The position numbers were made by a program, and so were the translations under genes. Below are positions 61,296 to 64,000 of a stretch of DNA of 64,000 nt, piece by piece (positions within the stretch are counted from its first letter, which is position 1; every line of letters begins with the position of its first letter). Source of the stretch: Lama guanicoe. Its lineage: Eukaryota. The DNA lies in assembly GCA_013239625.1 (NCBI GenBank), contig MU054541.1, forward strand, positions 16,776,567 to 16,840,566, in the 5' to 3' direction. A model generated the notes under the pieces. That model was given only the letters and a program-made list of their open reading frames with translations. It did not search any database and was not told the DNA's origin.

Positions 61296-62334
61296 TGTGC
61301 GTTTCTGGGTTTAGGATCTGCCTCCTCGCACACGGGCTGCCTGCTCCCAAACCAGCGCTCAGCTGCGCTGTCGAATCCTGGGAGGGGCCTCTGTGAGAAC
61401 GCAGAGCCCGCTTGCTTGAACGACGCTTTTCCTGGACGAGCAGCTTGTGCTGCTTCTCTGTGCAGTTGTCTGGCTCAACAGTCGGTGGCCTGTCCTTGTC
61501 CCACAGAGGGGGCCCATGGGGACCATGGCCAGGCGGGCCCTGCTGCTGAAGGGGGTCCCAGAAGCCCCTGTTCCTCGTCTCTTCCCAGAGCGAGGCTTTC
61601 CAGGGAGGCTTCCAAGCGGCTGCAGCCTGCACCACGCCGGCCACGCTGGACAGCTCCCCCTTCTGGGGCGCACATCACCCCCGCGACTGCCGGCCACGGG
61701 ACAGTCGCCGTGACCTGGGGCCACCAGTTAAAGGGAGGCAGCTCGGGCCTGGGGCAGGTCCTTGTGCCGTCCGGAGAATCCCAGAGTGCTTTTATGAAAA
61801 GGACCTTAGAGAGCGGCGTGTACTTGTTGACATAGGATTACCCGTGAGGACAGAGTATAGCTTTGGGTCTTTGTTTAGACCAGGCAGATTCACTGTGACT
61901 GTTCCCTCAGACAGGTAGTTCAGAGATGGGCGAAGTCGCGCTGTCCGGTAGAGCTCTGGGCTGATTTAGTGCCTTCCCTGCGGGCTAGGAGCCGTGTAGC
62001 TCGGCAGCTTTAGCTGCGCCTTCCTGTGTGGCGTGTCCTGCCTGGCTCTGCAGGCTGCCAGACCTCGCTAGTCACACAAACCCATATGCCTGTTTGAAGG
62101 GACTTCATCATCTCCTGGAGTGCTCTTTTGTCCTCAGGGGCAGCAATACAAATAAATTAAACTCTTCTGATTTTGCTGGTTGGCTACCCCGGGTTCCCAG
62201 GCGAATCCGTGTTGTCCTTTCCTTTGACGCAGCGTCTTTGTTGGTCAGGATCTCAAGTCAGTTTTTTTTTTTTTTTGGTATTGTTTTCTAATTATAGAAA
62301 CGTGGGTGTTTTAACTCCTTCGGGGCTGAGATGC

Positions 62335-62420
62335 TCACCGTTAGGGTCAGACGTGAGTCTGGGGCAAACCTGGGATTTTGACCCAGGACTCTTGATTCTT
62401 GAATTTCTGCCCTCAACTTT
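62335..62420 (-). mobile_element. MIR fragment
   Basis: gggtcagac...ctgggattttgacccaggactcttgattc resembles the reverse MIR 5' region. Confidence 0.5.
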
Positions 62421-63589
62421 AGCTACTTAAAAATATGAAGAAACAGGATTCTGCAACTCATTCTAGTGCAAGTCCAACTGCATGAGCGCAAACAGCCACC
62501 GCAAAGCCCAGTGTCCCTGTGCGGGCGAGGGTCGGAGTGGTGACCGGCAGAAGCAGATCAGGAGGAGGGGAGACTCGGCAGACGGAGGGCTGCCTCCCGG
62601 GACCCTCTGCTGCTTCCTGGGCAGTTGTTCAGCTGGGTGATGACGTTCGAATGACACAGTCCTTGTGGAACTTTATGTGACAACTCAGATTACATGTATC
62701 TCACAGAAAACTCTTGATTCCACTAAGTATTTTTTTACCAAAAGAAATTCAGAACAGAATTGGTCAACTCATAAACTACTTGGCAAAGAGAGACTTTAGA
62801 TGAGATTTGTAAGTGAAAAGGAAATGAAAAGGAACATTTATTTTAAAATGGCGTCCTTTGCTGACCGATGGGGCACTGTCTCCAGTACACAGGCACGCCA
62901 CATGTTACTCACAACCCCGTGCTGATTTAAGACTGTGCACTGGCAGAACCAGGGCGCCTGGTTATCGCACAGCTGGTGGTGTTTCGTGGCTAAATGGGAG
63001 TCAGGGTCTCGGATTCTGCGGGTCTCGGGCCGCAGGGGCGCACTGTGCCGGGACTTGCCTGCCGTGTCCTGGACGACGACTGCCAGCAGAGGGGGACCCG
63101 CACCCGAGGGACACCCCATCCCGCATGAGCTGTTGGGGGCGGGCTCTGTACAGGACGGCGTGGCCGCAGGTCTCCACCTGCTGCTCACCCAGTCCTGCAG
63201 TTAGTTCATCAGCGCAGACCCTGTCTGGTCCCGGTGCCGCCGTTTCTGGTGATCCTTGTCGCGGCTCGGCGTCACTCAGTGGTTTCAGGTGCAGATGGCT
63301 GTGTCTTTGGGAGCAGTGTCTGCACGTGGCTCTGTGAGGGAGGCTGGCGGTGATGCACACTGGCTGCTCGGTGCTCCTTCTCCTGCGCTCAGGGCCCAGC
63401 GCCCCTCTCCCCACTGTGGGGCCGCCCCACCTCCAGCCCCCGAGCTGTGTGTCAGTGCTGCGGACGGGGGGAACAGGTGAGCCCCACCTAGTCCTCCTCC
63501 ACCCGGTCTCTGGCCGCAGGACACCTGTGTCAGCTCCAGGAGTGCCGCGTCTGATGCAGGAAGAGCTTGCCAACAGCCCTGCAGAAGAA

Positions 63590-63680
63590 GTGTTTTTATC
63601 CCTGTTTTGCGAGTGAAGAGGAGGAGGCCGGGTCTGTCCAAGTGATGCCCGGGGACGGGAGGTGGCTGCTGGGGAGTTGG
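63590..63680 (-). mobile_element. MIR fragment
   Basis: tttttatccctgttttgcgagtgaagagg resembles the reverse MIR core (attatccccattttacagatgaggaaactgagg). Confidence 0.45.
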
Positions 63681-64000
63681 TGAGCGGGGTCCCTTACGGG
63701 CTCGCCCTGGCCTCTCAGGCCCTTGTCCCCTTTCCTCTGCTTTCAACTCATTTCCCCCGCTATCCCCCCAGGGGCACGTCACTTTGCTTCTGATGGTTTT
63801 TAACACTTGTCCTTTGTCTCCCGCGTGTTCCCTGGACCCTAGGCCCCGGCCGTGCTGTCAGAGTGTCACCGTCCTGGGAGAGCAGGGCCTGCCAGCAGTC
63901 GGAGACCCTGGTAAGGGCTCTGCCATGTGCGGGGCCTCTGTGCACCCTCGGGTGGCACTTGGGTCCCTGTCCTGGCTGAGCTCAAGGAGATGGCGAGTCC

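Overview
This window is mammalian nuclear DNA, most likely from a camelid (alpaca/llama/camel). That assignment rests on a tRNA-Ala-derived camelid-type SINE at ~32069-32196 and camelid-type L1 3' ends. The window lies entirely inside the GMDS gene (GDP-mannose 4,6-dehydratase), + strand. It holds three coding exons whose sizes (193, 105, 128 nt), phases and translation match human GMDS exons 5, 6 and 7 (29417-29609, 30383-30487, 48503-48630). These exons carry the catalytic T-x-E and YxxxK residues. Everything else is intron: L1, L2, MIR, MLT1 and hAT (MER5A/20/33/58) relics, several GC-rich minisatellites and three assembly gaps. The hundreds of short ORFs in the track are by-products of the high GC content. 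I did not find a convincing previously undescribed biological system. The most notable observations are: (i) patchy AT-to-GC drift that has rewritten parts of old transposons and the synonymous sites of exons 5-6; (ii) an AT-retaining 9-bp inverted repeat at the start of exon 7 that resists this drift; (iii) a triple-nested L1 stack with recoverable target-site duplications (TSDs); (iv) exons 5-7 form a phase-0/phase-0, 426-nt, stop-free block bracketed by oppositely oriented related L1 3' ends, making it a skipping/circRNA candidate; and (v) several non-repetitive AT-rich islands with homeodomain motifs that may be conserved enhancers of the FOXC1-GMDS regulatory block. Repeat family names and boundaries come from recalled consensus sequences, not a database search, and are approximate.
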